Of a DNA stretch of 48,827 nt, positions 1 to 9,454 are shown piece after piece; the first letter of the stretch is position 1; each line of letters starts with the position of its first letter. A program made the translations under genes and the position numbers. The stretch lies in assembly GCA_964609465.1 (NCBI GenBank), contig CAZSSQ010000003.1, positions 1-48,827 of the forward strand. Direction: 5' to 3'. The notes under the pieces are model-generated. The model ran no database searches and was not told the origin of the DNA. It was given only the letters and a program-made list of their open reading frames with translations. The DNA is from an uncultured Dehalococcoidia bacterium (GTDB lineage Bacteria > Chloroflexota > Dehalococcoidia > DSTF01 > JALHUB01).

Positions 1-229
1 CGACGGTGTCGCCGGTGGTGAGGGCGGCGGAGATGATGAGGGTGCTGAGCATGAGCCCGATGACGATGAGGGTGGTCTGGGCCCGTCGCCGGGGGATGTT
101 GCGCAGGCCGACGAGGAACATGACGCGGTTGCGGAGCGCCGCCACGGCCACGGTGGCCAGGCTGATCCCCAGGAGGGCCAGCAAGGCCACCATGATGGCG
201 TTCATCGGGATGCCGAAGAGACTATCCAT
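1..229 (-). CDS. ABC transporter permease (FtsX/MacB-type), N-terminal fragment running off the window
   Basis: Own minus-strand translation from ATG at 229: MDSLFGIPMNAIMVALLALLGISLATVAVAALRNRVMFLVGLRNIPRRRAQTTLIVIGLMLSTLIISAALTTGDTV. The LRNIPRRRxQTxL motif followed by a TM helix is the usual FtsX-family N-terminus. It lies 21 nt downstream of a LolD/MacB-type ATPase. The start is uncertain (alternative ATG at 121). Confidence 0.6.
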   Translation of the reverse strand, partial: MDSLFGIPMNAIMVALLALLGISLATVAVAALRNRVMFLVGLRNIPRRRAQTTLIVIGLMLSTLIISAALTTGDTV

Positions 230-250
230 GACGGTGGGTGAATGCAGGAC

Positions 251-1009
251 TCACCGAACGGGAGCCCGCTCGGTGAGCTTCTCGTCCACGATGTGGCCGT
301 CCACCATGTAGACAATGCGGTGGGTGACGGCGGCGATGCGTGGATCGTGAGTGACGATGACGAAGGTCTGCTGATTGCGCTCGTTCAGCTCCACCATGAG
401 CTGCATGATCTCGTCGGCGTTAGCCGAGTCCAGGTCGCCCGTAGGCTCGTCGCCCCAGACGATGGCCGGCTCGTTGACCAGGGCGCGGGCGATGGTGACG
501 CGCTGGCGCTGTCCACCCGAGAGCTCCAGGGGACGGTGGTTGGCCCACTCGACCAGGTGCACCTGCTCCAGGGCTTGTATGGCCCGCTGCCTGGCCTCCC
601 GCGCGCTCACCCCACCAACGAGCAGCGGCAGCTCCACGTTCTCCACCGCCGAGAGGACAGGCAGAAGGTTATAAAACTGGAAGACGAAGCCCATGCTGCG
701 GGCGCGATATTCCGTCTTCTGGTTGTCGGAGAGGCGATTGATGTCGGTGCCGTCGACGAGGATGAGCCCCGCGTCGATGCTGTCCAGGCCGCTGAGGCAG
801 TTGAGAAGGGTGGTCTTGCCGCAGCCCGAGGGGCCCATGATAGCCACCATCTCTCCCCGACGGACGGCCAGGGAGACGCCCCGCAGGGCGCGCACCTTCA
901 CCTTTCCCGTGTCGTAGGTCTTGACGACACCTTCAGCCTGGACAATCAGGGAATCCTGAGACACAGCCCTGTGCCGGCCGTCCTCCCCCTCGTGACCACG
1001 AGCCACCAT
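251..1009 (-). CDS. ABC transporter ATP-binding protein (LolD/MacB/FtsE-like)
   Basis: 252 aa. Walker [13 protein letters not shown] signature [15 protein letters not shown], Walker [14 protein letters not shown]-loop VTHD. ATG at 1009 is preceded by GGGAGG. Confidence 0.9.
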   Translation of the reverse strand: MVARGHEGEDGRHRAVSQDSLIVQAEGVVKTYDTGKVKVRALRGVSLAVRRGEMVAIMGPSGCGKTTLLNCLSGLDSIDAGLILVDGTDINRLSDNQKTEYRARSMGFVFQFYNLLPVLSAVENVELPLLVGGVSAREARQRAIQALEQVHLVEWANHRPLELSGGQRQRVTIARALVNEPAIVWGDEPTGDLDSANADEIMQLMVELNERNQQTFVIVTHDPRIAAVTHRIVYMVDGHIVDEKLTERAPVR

Positions 1010-1201
1010 CTACCTCCCAATCCACAGAAGAAGGGCCATGCGACCGTGACATCCACAGGCTGTCGCGGCCCAGCCCTCAACGCTATCGGCACCATCCCAG
1101 CCACCGAGCACTGGCAAACAGCACAGCAGTCCTGAACGCCGGACCGAGCGGCTGGCTCCGCTCTATCTTAACACACCGAGAGTCTCCGACCCACCGGCGG
1201 C

Positions 1202-3007
1202 TTAGGCCCGGCCTTGGTAAAGCGGATCTTGAGTGTCGATCCATATGTCTGCATCGTGGAAGGAGTTGCCGTACCAGGGAGACCCCCAGGTATTGCGCAC
1301 GTAGGGCCAGCGGACGGGAACGTTGATCTCGGCCAGCCAGTCCAGGCGGGCCAGCACCGAGTCCAGCAGGTAGCGTTGGATCTTGAACCCAACATCCCGT
1401 CGGGCCTCGTAGTCAAACTCCTCCCGCTGCGCCTCCAGCATGCTGTCCAGCTCCGCGTCAGAGAGATTGAAGGAGTTCTTCGGACCACCCGTGTGGAAAT
1501 AGGGGTAGACCCAGTCGTCCAGGTCGTTCCAGCCGTTGTCGTAGCTGAGGCTGAGGATGATCCGCTTCTCCAGGGCGCCCTGGGCCAGCTTGGTGTAGCC
1601 CGTGATGTCCAGGTCTCCCTCAGTTTCAGCGCCCAGCACCTCCTTGAGCATGCCCTGGAACTGGGGGAAGAAGGCGCGCAGGTAGTCCGGGATGCCAGCG
1701 TAGGTGATGGTGAACTTCCCTATGGCGGGGCCACCGGCGGCCTCCCACAGCTTCTTCGCCTCGGCCAGGTCCTCTTGCCGCTCCTGCGGGTCGAAACGAT
1801 AGCCCGGCTCGCGGAGCAGATCGGCCTGAGGCATCGCCCAGCGCTTGATAGCACCGGGCACCGGCCCCACCAGGTAGAACCACTGACGGAACATCTGCTG
1901 GCCCATGCGGTTGCGGTCGATGGCGAGGTTGATAGCCTTGCGAAGGCGCAGATCTTTGAACGGGGTTGTGGCCGCGGCTGAGTCGGCCACCAGGAACCGG
2001 CTGGCGAGCCAGCCGGCATCCGGGAACTCCGTCGTTTGCGCGCCCGTCTCGGCGGCAATGCGGGGGCCATTGGCGCGGTCGCTGAAGCCAGTTGTGTCCA
2101 CCTGCTTGCTGCGGAAGGCCACCTCGGTGGCGGTGTCGTCCCCCGGGGGCCAGATGGCCTCAAGGCCGTCCAGGATGGGGCGGTCGGGTAGGCCCTGTTC
2201 CGCCAGGTCGTTGCGCGCGAACCAGTTGGGGTTGCGCACGACGCGCACCACCTTCACGCTGATGAAATCCTTGAGCATGAAGGGGCCGCTCCCGACCATG
2301 CGAGAGGGGTCATTCATCTCCTCATTCTCGTCCACAACCTCCCTGGGCACGATGAAGGCATTGTTGTCGCCCAAGTAGTGGATGAGAGGCGCGGTAGGGC
2401 GCTTGGTGGTGATGCGCAGCGTCAGCGGGTCGGTCACCCCGACGCGGTCCACCGTCTCCCACTGGCTGGCGCGGTAGTAGAGGGCCGACTTAGGGCTGTT
2501 GGGGTTCATCTGCCGTTCAATGGAGTACTTGACGTCCTCCGCGGTGAGCTGGCGTCCGGCCGCCTGCGGGAAGGCGCTGCGGATGGCTTCCGTGTCGTGG
2601 AAGGTGATATCGGGTCGCAGCTTGACGACAAAGGTAAGCTTGTCGATGACCTCGGGCATGGACTCCGCCAGGTCAGGGACGATTGTCCCTTCGTAGACGT
2701 TGTCGTACTTGAGGACCTTGCTGAAGACCCTGGAGTGCATGTTGTAGATGGTGCCGATCTGAGTCTGGTGAGGGTCAAGGGTGTCGAGAGCAATAGCGTC
2801 CCACCCGAAATTGCGAAGGATGCCCCCGCGGGTGCCAGCGGGCTCAAGGCCCTCGGCGGTCGGCGTGGCGGCAGGCGTCTCTTCGGCGGCCTTCTCCTCG
2901 CCGCCGCAGGCGGCCAGGGCCAGGCCCGTCCCCAGGGCGGCCGCGCCGCCCAGGAAGCGCCGTCGCGAAAAGCGATGTCGGGTCCAATAGCCGGAGGTTT
3001 CGTTCAT
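1202..3007 (-). CDS. Extracellular solute-binding protein, family 5 (DppA/OppA-like), Tat-type lipoprotein signal
   Basis: N-terminus MNETSGYWTRHRFSRRRFLGGAAALGTGLALAAC shows a twin-arginine motif plus a lipobox Cys. The ~600 aa body is typical of family-5 SBPs. I chose ATG 3007 (GAGGGGGGA RBS) over the longer GTG 3034. Confidence 0.8.
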   Translation of the reverse strand: MNETSGYWTRHRFSRRRFLGGAAALGTGLALAACGGEEKAAEETPAATPTAEGLEPAGTRGGILRNFGWDAIALDTLDPHQTQIGTIYNMHSRVFSKVLKYDNVYEGTIVPDLAESMPEVIDKLTFVVKLRPDITFHDTEAIRSAFPQAAGRQLTAEDVKYSIERQMNPNSPKSALYYRASQWETVDRVGVTDPLTLRITTKRPTAPLIHYLGDNNAFIVPREVVDENEEMNDPSRMVGSGPFMLKDFISVKVVRVVRNPNWFARNDLAEQGLPDRPILDGLEAIWPPGDDTATEVAFRSKQVDTTGFSDRANGPRIAAETGAQTTEFPDAGWLASRFLVADSAAATTPFKDLRLRKAINLAIDRNRMGQQMFRQWFYLVGPVPGAIKRWAMPQADLLREPGYRFDPQERQEDLAEAKKLWEAAGGPAIGKFTITYAGIPDYLRAFFPQFQGMLKEVLGAETEGDLDITGYTKLAQGALEKRIILSLSYDNGWNDLDDWVYPYFHTGGPKNSFNLSDAELDSMLEAQREEFDYEARRDVGFKIQRYLLDSVLARLDWLAEINVPVRWPYVRNTWGSPWYGNSFHDADIWIDTQDPLYQGRA

Positions 3008-3117
3008 GGCTCGTTCCCCCCTCGCGTCTACCACCAGAGAGAATCTCTCTCTACGATGGCGCGCCGATGAGCCCTAGCCGAAGCCGTGGCTGGCGGTACC
3101 CCAGCCAGCGTCAACCC

Positions 3118-4533
3118 CTAGGCAGTCTTCTTGGCCGCCGCCCGACTTCGAGGCAGGCGGCTCAGGAGAGCGTAGAGGACAAAGCTGAGGAGGAAGGCCG
3201 GAATGGAGGCGTTCAACCAGGAGACCTTCTCGTCCAGGGGGAATGGCAGCCTGAGCAGCCCGTGGAAGAAGCCTTCCATGCCGTCCACCCACCAAGAGAG
3301 GCTGCCCGGCGATATCCAGTTGTAGAGGAGGAACCCCGCCAACCAGATCACCAGGGCCGTCGCGTTCACGCCCCCACGATACCAGAACTGGCCTCCGTTC
3401 TGGTAGAGGGCATCGCTGGGGGTGGCCCTTCGCCGGACGAGGAAGTGGTCGGCGGCCAGGATACCGAAGAGGGGTACGAAAACGGAGCCCAGCAGGAGCA
3501 GGAAGTTCTCGTAGTGGATGAACGCCACCCCCAGGGCGAGGGCCGTGCAGAGGACACCGATGACCAAAGCGACTCGGCGCTGATCCAGTCGGGGGGCCAG
3601 GTTCTTCAGGGAGACGGAGGCCGAGTAGACGCTGGCGAAGGTCTCGTCGGTCTCGGTCACGAGCAGGATGAGGAACGCCAGCGCGCCGACCGGGATGACC
3701 AGGATAAAGCCCAGCACGTCGCTGGAGGAGACGGTGGGCACGTAAAGGACGCCGAGCATGGTGAACCAGACAGTGGCCAGGAAGAAACCGCCGAAGGTGC
3801 CCAGGAAGGCGTTGCGCGCGCCGCGGGAGAAGCGCGAGTAGTCGGCCACGAGCGGCAGCCAGGCAATGGGCAGGGCCACGACCATGTCCACGCCTTGCCA
3901 GAAGGAAGGCCAGCCCCCTACCGCCGGCCGGCGCATGAGGTCAGGAATGCCGCTCGAGGCGAAGGCGGAGTAGGTGATCATGAGGCCGGCCAGGAGCATG
4001 AACCAGAAGGCGAACTTCTTGAACCACCGCCGCACCATGACCTGCGGGTCGCCCAAGGCCATGGCCGTGCCCAGCACTCCGAAGAAGATGATCCAGAGAG
4101 GGCGCCCCTCGAAGCCGCCCAGGTGCCGGCTGAGGCCGGCGGCGCCCTCGCCCATGACCATGAGCGCGAAGGTGCCCCAGGCCACGTTGCGGGCCAGGGC
4201 CAGGAGGGTGGCGGCGTAGGAGCCCCGGATGCCCAGGGGAGCCCTGAGGAGAGCCATCGTCGGCAGGCCGCTGTCGGCACCGATGACGGCGGCCGTGGCC
4301 AGCATCAGGTTCCCGATGACGGCACCAACGAGGATAGCCAGGAAAGCCTGCCCAAGGCCCAGTGCGGGTACCAGAAAGGCCCCCGTCACCATCAAAAGGA
4401 GGCTGAAGCCCAGGTTGCCCCAGAGGGCGGCATTGTCCAGGAGGCCCAGGGTGCGGGAAGGCGCCGGCACAGGCTCGATGCCCCAGTCGGTGGGAGGCAT
4501 CCCAAGGCGGTCGAAGGCGGCGATGCGGGCCAA
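3118..4533 (-). CDS. NCS1-family permease (purine-cytosine/allantoin/hydantoin-type transporter)
   Basis: 471 aa polytopic membrane protein. The N-terminal GIEPVPAPSRTLGLLDNAALWGNLGFSLLLMVTG resembles the NCS1 (Transp_cyt_pur) signature. The TTG start at 4533 sits behind AGGAGGG, which overlaps the stop of the upstream molybdoenzyme gene (9-nt gap). Confidence 0.65.
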   Translation of the reverse strand: MARIAAFDRLGMPPTDWGIEPVPAPSRTLGLLDNAALWGNLGFSLLLMVTGAFLVPALGLGQAFLAILVGAVIGNLMLATAAVIGADSGLPTMALLRAPLGIRGSYAATLLALARNVAWGTFALMVMGEGAAGLSRHLGGFEGRPLWIIFFGVLGTAMALGDPQVMVRRWFKKFAFWFMLLAGLMITYSAFASSGIPDLMRRPAVGGWPSFWQGVDMVVALPIAWLPLVADYSRFSRGARNAFLGTFGGFFLATVWFTMLGVLYVPTVSSSDVLGFILVIPVGALAFLILLVTETDETFASVYSASVSLKNLAPRLDQRRVALVIGVLCTALALGVAFIHYENFLLLLGSVFVPLFGILAADHFLVRRRATPSDALYQNGGQFWYRGGVNATALVIWLAGFLLYNWISPGSLSWWVDGMEGFFHGLLRLPFPLDEKVSWLNASIPAFLLSFVLYALLSRLPRSRAAAKKTA

Positions 4534-4542
4534 GCTTCCCTC

Positions 4543-7476
4543 CTAGGCTTTCTCCACCTCGACGGCGGTGGCCCGGTCCACCTGCATGGGCTGCCAGTTC
4601 CAGCGCGTGTAGTTGAGATGGCCGTAGCCGGCGGCCAGGTGCAACCACTTCACCATGCCCGGGACGGCCGCGTCGTAGGACTTCCAGCCGCGGAACTGGT
4701 AGGGCTCAAAGGCAGCGTAGACGATGACCTCGCCGGGCTGGACGGCGGCAGAAATCGCGCATGGCACGTGGAACGACTCGAAGTCGTTATAGACGCGAAC
4801 CTCGTCGCCTTCGGCGATGCCCCGCGCCTCGGCATCCTTGGGGTTGATGAAGAGGGTGGGACCACCGCGATGGGTGTAGAGCATGAGCTTCTGCACCGTC
4901 CAGATAGAGTGGATGCTGGAGCGCTGGTGGGCGCTGACCAGCCCCAGGGGGTAGTCGCCGCCGATCTTGGGATTCGGCTTATGCATGGGGAGCTCTTCGC
5001 CGGCCTCCAGGAACCACTCGTGGTCGATGTAGAACTGGATGCGTCGCGTCAGGGTGGGGTAGGGCATCTTGCGCTCCCGGTGCCAGCGCAGCGGCGAAAC
5101 AGTCTCGTCCGGCCGGATGGTGGTGGCCACGTTCAGACCGTTGGCATCGATGCCCAGGCCCGTGAAGCGGATGACCCCCTTCTCGCGCACCTTCTTCAGG
5201 TCGGTGCCCTCAGGCAGGGCGCCGGCCCTAACCGTGTCGGCCACCATGTCCGCCGCCAGCTTCTCTTCGTCTTTCTCCTTGATGCGACCGTCCATGGTGA
5301 AGATGCGGTAGAGGTCGTCCAGGCGAAAGGTCTGACCCCTGGCGTCCTGGTACTCCACCGGGCCCCGCTCGCGGGCCCGCTCCTCGATCCTCCTGGCCAG
5401 ACGAGCGAAGATGTCCCACTCGGGCTTGGACTCGCCGGGAGGCTCCACCGCCTTGTCGGTGAAAGTGAGGAAGCCGACGTGCCAGGTGGGGAAGCGGAAG
5501 TCGACCTTCTCGTAGAAGGCGGCCGCCGGCAGGACGATGTCCGAGAAGTAAGCGGTGGTGCTCATGCGGATCTCGACGGTAACGATGGTCTTCAGACGCG
5601 GCCACAGCTCGTTGAGGAGCTGCTTGAGGCCGCCGCGGGTGCGGCGCAGACAGGAGCCCGCCACCTCCAGCAGCAGCCGGGGCGTCTGGTTCTCGGCTGG
5701 TCGAGCTACATCGCCCCACCACTTCTCGACGGCCTCGCGCAGGTACTCGTCAAAGGGACGAGGCATGGTGGGGTCGTTCCACTCGGGGCGGTTCCACACA
5801 TCCTTGTAGCCGGCGTGCCAGTACCAGAAAAAGACAGGTGGCGCCATGAGGCCGCTCATGGGGTACTTGGAGATGCGCCCTACCTTGGCTTCCTCCCGCT
5901 CCAGCGCAATCGCCACCATCTCCTCGGTCATGGTGGGGTCACTGTCCTTGATCTCACGCTGGATCTTACCGGCGTTCTGGGCGAACTCGAGGAAACCATC
6001 GAATCCACTCCTGTCCTTGACGGGCGTGAGGATGGCCAGGGGCGAGGTGTTGGCGCCGCGCATGCCGGTCCCCGGCCGCCCAAAGTTGCCGGTGAGGGCC
6101 AGGAGGAGGGCCATGGAGCGCTCCATGAGGTCGCCGTGGTAGTACTTGGGGACGTTGAAGCCCTCCAGAATGTGCACCCGCTTGGCAGCAGCCACACGAT
6201 GGGCCAGGTCCTCGATGACGCTGGCGGAGATGCCGCAGATGCGGGAGGCGCTGGCGATGTCGTAGTCGCGCAGACGCTCCTTCACCAGCTCGAAGACGGG
6301 CCTCACCTCCACCTCACTGCCGTCGACCAGGGTAGCGCGGTAGGTGCCTTCCAGGGCTGGGTCCACCTTGCGCAGGCGAAGGGTGCTGCGGGACGCCCTC
6401 ACGATCTCCTGCTTCCTGCTATCGAAGAAGTAGAACTGGTCATCGCGGCCGTTCTCTTCCAGGTCGCTCTGGCGCAGGAAGCGGCGGGTGTCGCTGCGCA
6501 CCAGGAGAGGCAGGTCAGTCTGCTCCTTCATGAAGGCAGCGTCGTAGCGGCCCTCATCGACGATGATGCGGCACATGGCCAGGGCCAGGGCGCCGTCGGT
6601 GGCGGGCTTCACCGGCACATGGAGGTCCGCGTGGATGCTGGAGGCGTTGAGGTCGGGGGCGATGGAGACCACGTAGCCGCCGCCGTAGCGGACCTCCGTC
6701 AGGTAGTGGGCGCAGGGGATGCGGGTCATGACCGGGTTCATGTGCCAGATGAGGACGAGGTCCGCCTTGTACCAGTCGTCCACGGAGCTGACGAATGCGT
6801 ACTTGCCAAAGGTGATGCCCAGGCCGAAGTTGTAGTCGGTGGTGAGGGCATTGTTGTCCAGAGTGGTGCCGCCCAGGAAGCGGACCAGGCGCCAGGCCGG
6901 TATGGCGCCATTGACGGTGCCCCCCTCGCCGGAGCCGAACTCGAAGACGATGCTCTCGGGGCCGCTCTCCCGGATGGTATCCAGAAAAGCATCGGCCACC
7001 TCGGTGAGGGCCTGGTCCCAAGAGATGCGCTGCCAGCGGCCGCTGCCGCGCTCGCCCACCCGCTTGAGGGGGTAGAGGAGCCGCTCTGGACCGTACATGA
7101 CGTCGCTGAAGCAGGAGCCCTTCTGGCAGCCGCGGGGGTTCTGATCAGGCACCCCGTCCTCGATCTGGGGGTACTCGCAGGCCTGCTCCTCACGCCAGAC
7201 GACGCCGTCCTTGGTGTAGACCTGGAAGGAGCACGAACCGGGGTAGCAGTCCACGAGGTGGGTGCCGTAGGTCACCTTGTCCCAGCGCCACTTCTTGCGG
7301 TAGACATCCTCCCAGGTCCGGTAGACGACCTCTTCGTCCGTGACCTGGGCGGAGGCGCTAGCCCCGGAGCGGACGGCCTGGTAGCCGAGCCTGGTAAGGG
7401 ACAGGACCAGCACCGCCGATCCCGTCGCCTTGAGGAAGCGCCGGCGCGATACCTGGCTCTGCACTAGCTGGCGCAA
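4543..7476 (-). CDS. Molybdopterin oxidoreductase catalytic (alpha) subunit, DMSO reductase family type II (NarG/EbdA/SerA-like), Tat-exported
   Basis: 977 aa. N-terminus MRQLVQSQVSRRRFLKATGSAVLVLSL...ASASA, then YRTWEDVYRKKWRWDKVTYGTHLVDCYPGSCSF, an FS0-type His/Cys cluster (H-x3-C-x4-C). The size and paralogy to 9455-12280 fit this family. TTG start behind GGGAGG. Confidence 0.85.
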   Translation of the reverse strand: MRQLVQSQVSRRRFLKATGSAVLVLSLTRLGYQAVRSGASASAQVTDEEVVYRTWEDVYRKKWRWDKVTYGTHLVDCYPGSCSFQVYTKDGVVWREEQACEYPQIEDGVPDQNPRGCQKGSCFSDVMYGPERLLYPLKRVGERGSGRWQRISWDQALTEVADAFLDTIRESGPESIVFEFGSGEGGTVNGAIPAWRLVRFLGGTTLDNNALTTDYNFGLGITFGKYAFVSSVDDWYKADLVLIWHMNPVMTRIPCAHYLTEVRYGGGYVVSIAPDLNASSIHADLHVPVKPATDGALALAMCRIIVDEGRYDAAFMKEQTDLPLLVRSDTRRFLRQSDLEENGRDDQFYFFDSRKQEIVRASRSTLRLRKVDPALEGTYRATLVDGSEVEVRPVFELVKERLRDYDIASASRICGISASVIEDLAHRVAAAKRVHILEGFNVPKYYHGDLMERSMALLLALTGNFGRPGTGMRGANTSPLAILTPVKDRSGFDGFLEFAQNAGKIQREIKDSDPTMTEEMVAIALEREEAKVGRISKYPMSGLMAPPVFFWYWHAGYKDVWNRPEWNDPTMPRPFDEYLREAVEKWWGDVARPAENQTPRLLLEVAGSCLRRTRGGLKQLLNELWPRLKTIVTVEIRMSTTAYFSDIVLPAAAFYEKVDFRFPTWHVGFLTFTDKAVEPPGESKPEWDIFARLARRIEERARERGPVEYQDARGQTFRLDDLYRIFTMDGRIKEKDEEKLAADMVADTVRAGALPEGTDLKKVREKGVIRFTGLGIDANGLNVATTIRPDETVSPLRWHRERKMPYPTLTRRIQFYIDHEWFLEAGEELPMHKPNPKIGGDYPLGLVSAHQRSSIHSIWTVQKLMLYTHRGGPTLFINPKDAEARGIAEGDEVRVYNDFESFHVPCAISAAVQPGEVIVYAAFEPYQFRGWKSYDAAVPGMVKWLHLAAGYGHLNYTRWNWQPMQVDRATAVEVEKA
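7348..7476 (-). other. Twin-arginine (Tat) signal peptide of alpha1
   Basis: SRRRFLK motif, hydrophobic stretch ATGSAVLVLSL and an ASA-type cleavage context around residue 43. Confidence 0.7.
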
Positions 7477-7665
7477 GACGACGCCTCCCGGTTTCCTTCT
7501 CGCGATGTCAGCGCCACGTTATCGAAATCCATCCTCATCTCGGCACGACCAGAGAGCCGCCAGGACCGCTACGAAGTGTCCGTAGCGCTCCCGCGTGAAG
7601 CGGTGGCCCGGCAGGCCTGGCATCCCGCACGGCATCGGGTGAGGGAGAAAAAGATCGCCGTTCTG

Positions 7666-8715
7666 CTACTTCCACTGCAGCTCGCTTGGGTCGCGGTCGA
7701 ACGGCTTGAAAAGCTCCCGCCACTTGTAGACGATGAGCATGTCCATGAGCTCGGACTGCTCCTTGCGCCGGGTCTTGGCCATCTCCGCCTTCAGGGTATC
7801 GAGGGCCTTGTTGACCCGGGGGCCGAAGAGCCGCTCCAAGTACTCGGTCGGGATGCGAGGCGTGCTCTCGTCGATGCTCCCATCGTCGTTCAGGCGGTAG
7901 GGAGCGAGCGGCGGGATGTAGAACATGTTGGGCATGGTGCCGTACTCCGGGTGCAGGGGCAGGGCCACCTCCCACTGGTTCACCAGCTTGTGAATGGGGC
8001 CGTCCTTATCATCCAGGTAGCCTACGAACACCAGCCTCCCCGGACACTGGCGGGCACAGGCGGGCGCCACCCCCTTCTCGATACGGGGGAAACAGAAGAT
8101 GCAGTGCTGACTGATCTTCTTCACGTAGTTGAAGTAGACCTTCTTATAGGGGCAGGCCTCCAGGCAGAACTGGTAGCCCCGACAGCGCGTCTCGTCACGG
8201 AGGACGATGCCGTCCTCCTTACGCTTGTACATGGCGTTGCGTGGGCAGGCCTCTACGCAGACGGGCCGCGTGCAGTGATTGCAGAGGCGAGGGAGGTAGA
8301 AGAAGAAGCTGTTGGGGTACTCGCCGCCACCCTGATCCTCATCCCAGTTGGGGCCCCAGGTGGGGGGCTCGCCCAGGGGCTTCAGATACACTGAGGGGCC
8401 TTTGCCGCTGTAGAAGACCTCGTCGTAGTTGAAGTCCCAGCCGCCGCCCCACTCCTCTCGGGTCGGGCGTATGCCGGGGACGGGCACACCGTCGCGGTAG
8501 CCACCGCCCATGCTCTCATAGTCCCTGGGGTGGCCGCGACCAGGCTGGGTGTTGACGGTGCACCACCACTGGTAGTCCATGCCGTCATCCCGCGTCGTCC
8601 ACAGGACCTTGCAGGCCACGGAGCAGGTCTGGCAGCCGATGCACTTGTTGAGGTCGAAGACCATCGCGACCTGGCGGTCCGACTTCATGAGTTCGTCCTT
8701 GGGAACCATAACCAT
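7666..8715 (-). CDS. Fe-S (beta) subunit of type II DMSO-reductase-family enzyme (NarH/EbdB-like)
   Basis: 349 aa. Four ferredoxin-type Cys groups: CIGCQTCSVACK, CNHCTRPVCVEACP, CRGYQFCLEACP (one Cys missing, as in the 3Fe-4S group) and CIFCFPRIEKGVAPACARQCP. ATG behind GGGGAGGA. Confidence 0.85.
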   Translation of the reverse strand: MVMVPKDELMKSDRQVAMVFDLNKCIGCQTCSVACKVLWTTRDDGMDYQWWCTVNTQPGRGHPRDYESMGGGYRDGVPVPGIRPTREEWGGGWDFNYDEVFYSGKGPSVYLKPLGEPPTWGPNWDEDQGGGEYPNSFFFYLPRLCNHCTRPVCVEACPRNAMYKRKEDGIVLRDETRCRGYQFCLEACPYKKVYFNYVKKISQHCIFCFPRIEKGVAPACARQCPGRLVFVGYLDDKDGPIHKLVNQWEVALPLHPEYGTMPNMFYIPPLAPYRLNDDGSIDESTPRIPTEYLERLFGPRVNKALDTLKAEMAKTRRKEQSELMDMLIVYKWRELFKPFDRDPSELQWK

Positions 8716-8771
8716 GGTGTCCTCCCCTGAGTTCGAGGGCCCTGCCCCGGTGCCCGTCCCTCCTCGGAATC

Positions 8772-9422
8772 TCAGCCTTCCAGAGTCAACTCACGCCACT
8801 GCTTGGAGAAAGCCTTGATGCCGGCTCTCTCGCCGCTCCCGCCCTCCCAGACGGCGAAGGCCACCTTCGCCGAGCCGCCGGCGGCGAGCTGGACCGTCTC
8901 GCCTTTCTGGTCGGCGACGGCCAGCGGGCGGGAAAGGACGAGGCGCCAGGTGCCGTCTTCCCACTCGGAGCGGGCGGCGACACGGCTCTTCTCGGTATCC
9001 TCCACGGTGCCGATGCCCTGGGCGCGCACGTTGCGGGCGGCCTCAGGCTCGTCAGCCCGCCAGAACCAGGCGTTGACCGGCGCCTTCTCGCTCCCCATGG
9101 AGGTTAGAGGCGCGTCTCCATTGAGGGGGAAGAGGACACCGGCGCCATCGGGGAAGCCGCGACCGCTATAGTCTACGTCGCGGCTCTCGTCGCGCCACTC
9201 CAGGTGGAAGAGAAGGTCTTTGCCGTTGTGGGCGGCGCGGACGTTCAAGAAGCGCACCTTCCCGATGGGCCTGTCGGCCCAGGCGGTGCGGATGTAGCGG
9301 GAGGGCTGGTTGGCCAAAGGAGTGCCGCCCATGTTAATGGTTTCGACGGGCACCTTCTCCCACTCCGGCGAGGCCGGATTCAGCAGGGTCTTGGAGTTCA
9401 GAGCCACCTTCTTGGCCAGCAT
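8772..9422 (-). CDS. Gamma subunit, ethylbenzene-dehydrogenase-type (EB_dh/DOMON-like heme b) domain; no recognisable signal peptide
   Basis: 216 aa. FHLEWRDES, LTSMGSEKAPVNAWFWRAD and VAFAVWEGGSGERAGIKAFS resemble the EB_dh family, including candidate Met and Lys heme ligands. The ATG at 9422 has an AAGGGGGA RBS. The N-terminus MLAKKVALNSKTLLNPASPEWEK has no hydrophobic core. Confidence 0.7.
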   Translation of the reverse strand: MLAKKVALNSKTLLNPASPEWEKVPVETINMGGTPLANQPSRYIRTAWADRPIGKVRFLNVRAAHNGKDLLFHLEWRDESRDVDYSGRGFPDGAGVLFPLNGDAPLTSMGSEKAPVNAWFWRADEPEAARNVRAQGIGTVEDTEKSRVAARSEWEDGTWRLVLSRPLAVADQKGETVQLAAGGSAKVAFAVWEGGSGERAGIKAFSKQWRELTLEG

Positions 9423-9454
9423 GTCGGTCCCCCTTTTGACGGAACGCCCCTGCC

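Noticed and set aside
3067-7467. A 1466-aa plus-strand ORF, the longest in the window.
   Set aside because: It is entirely antisense to the NCS1 permease and the alpha1 molybdoenzyme genes, which have clear family motifs, RBS and signal peptides. Its translation is low-complexity (G/E/A/D/H/V/R-rich) with no recognisable motif. This is a typical stop-free shadow frame of a high-GC gene.
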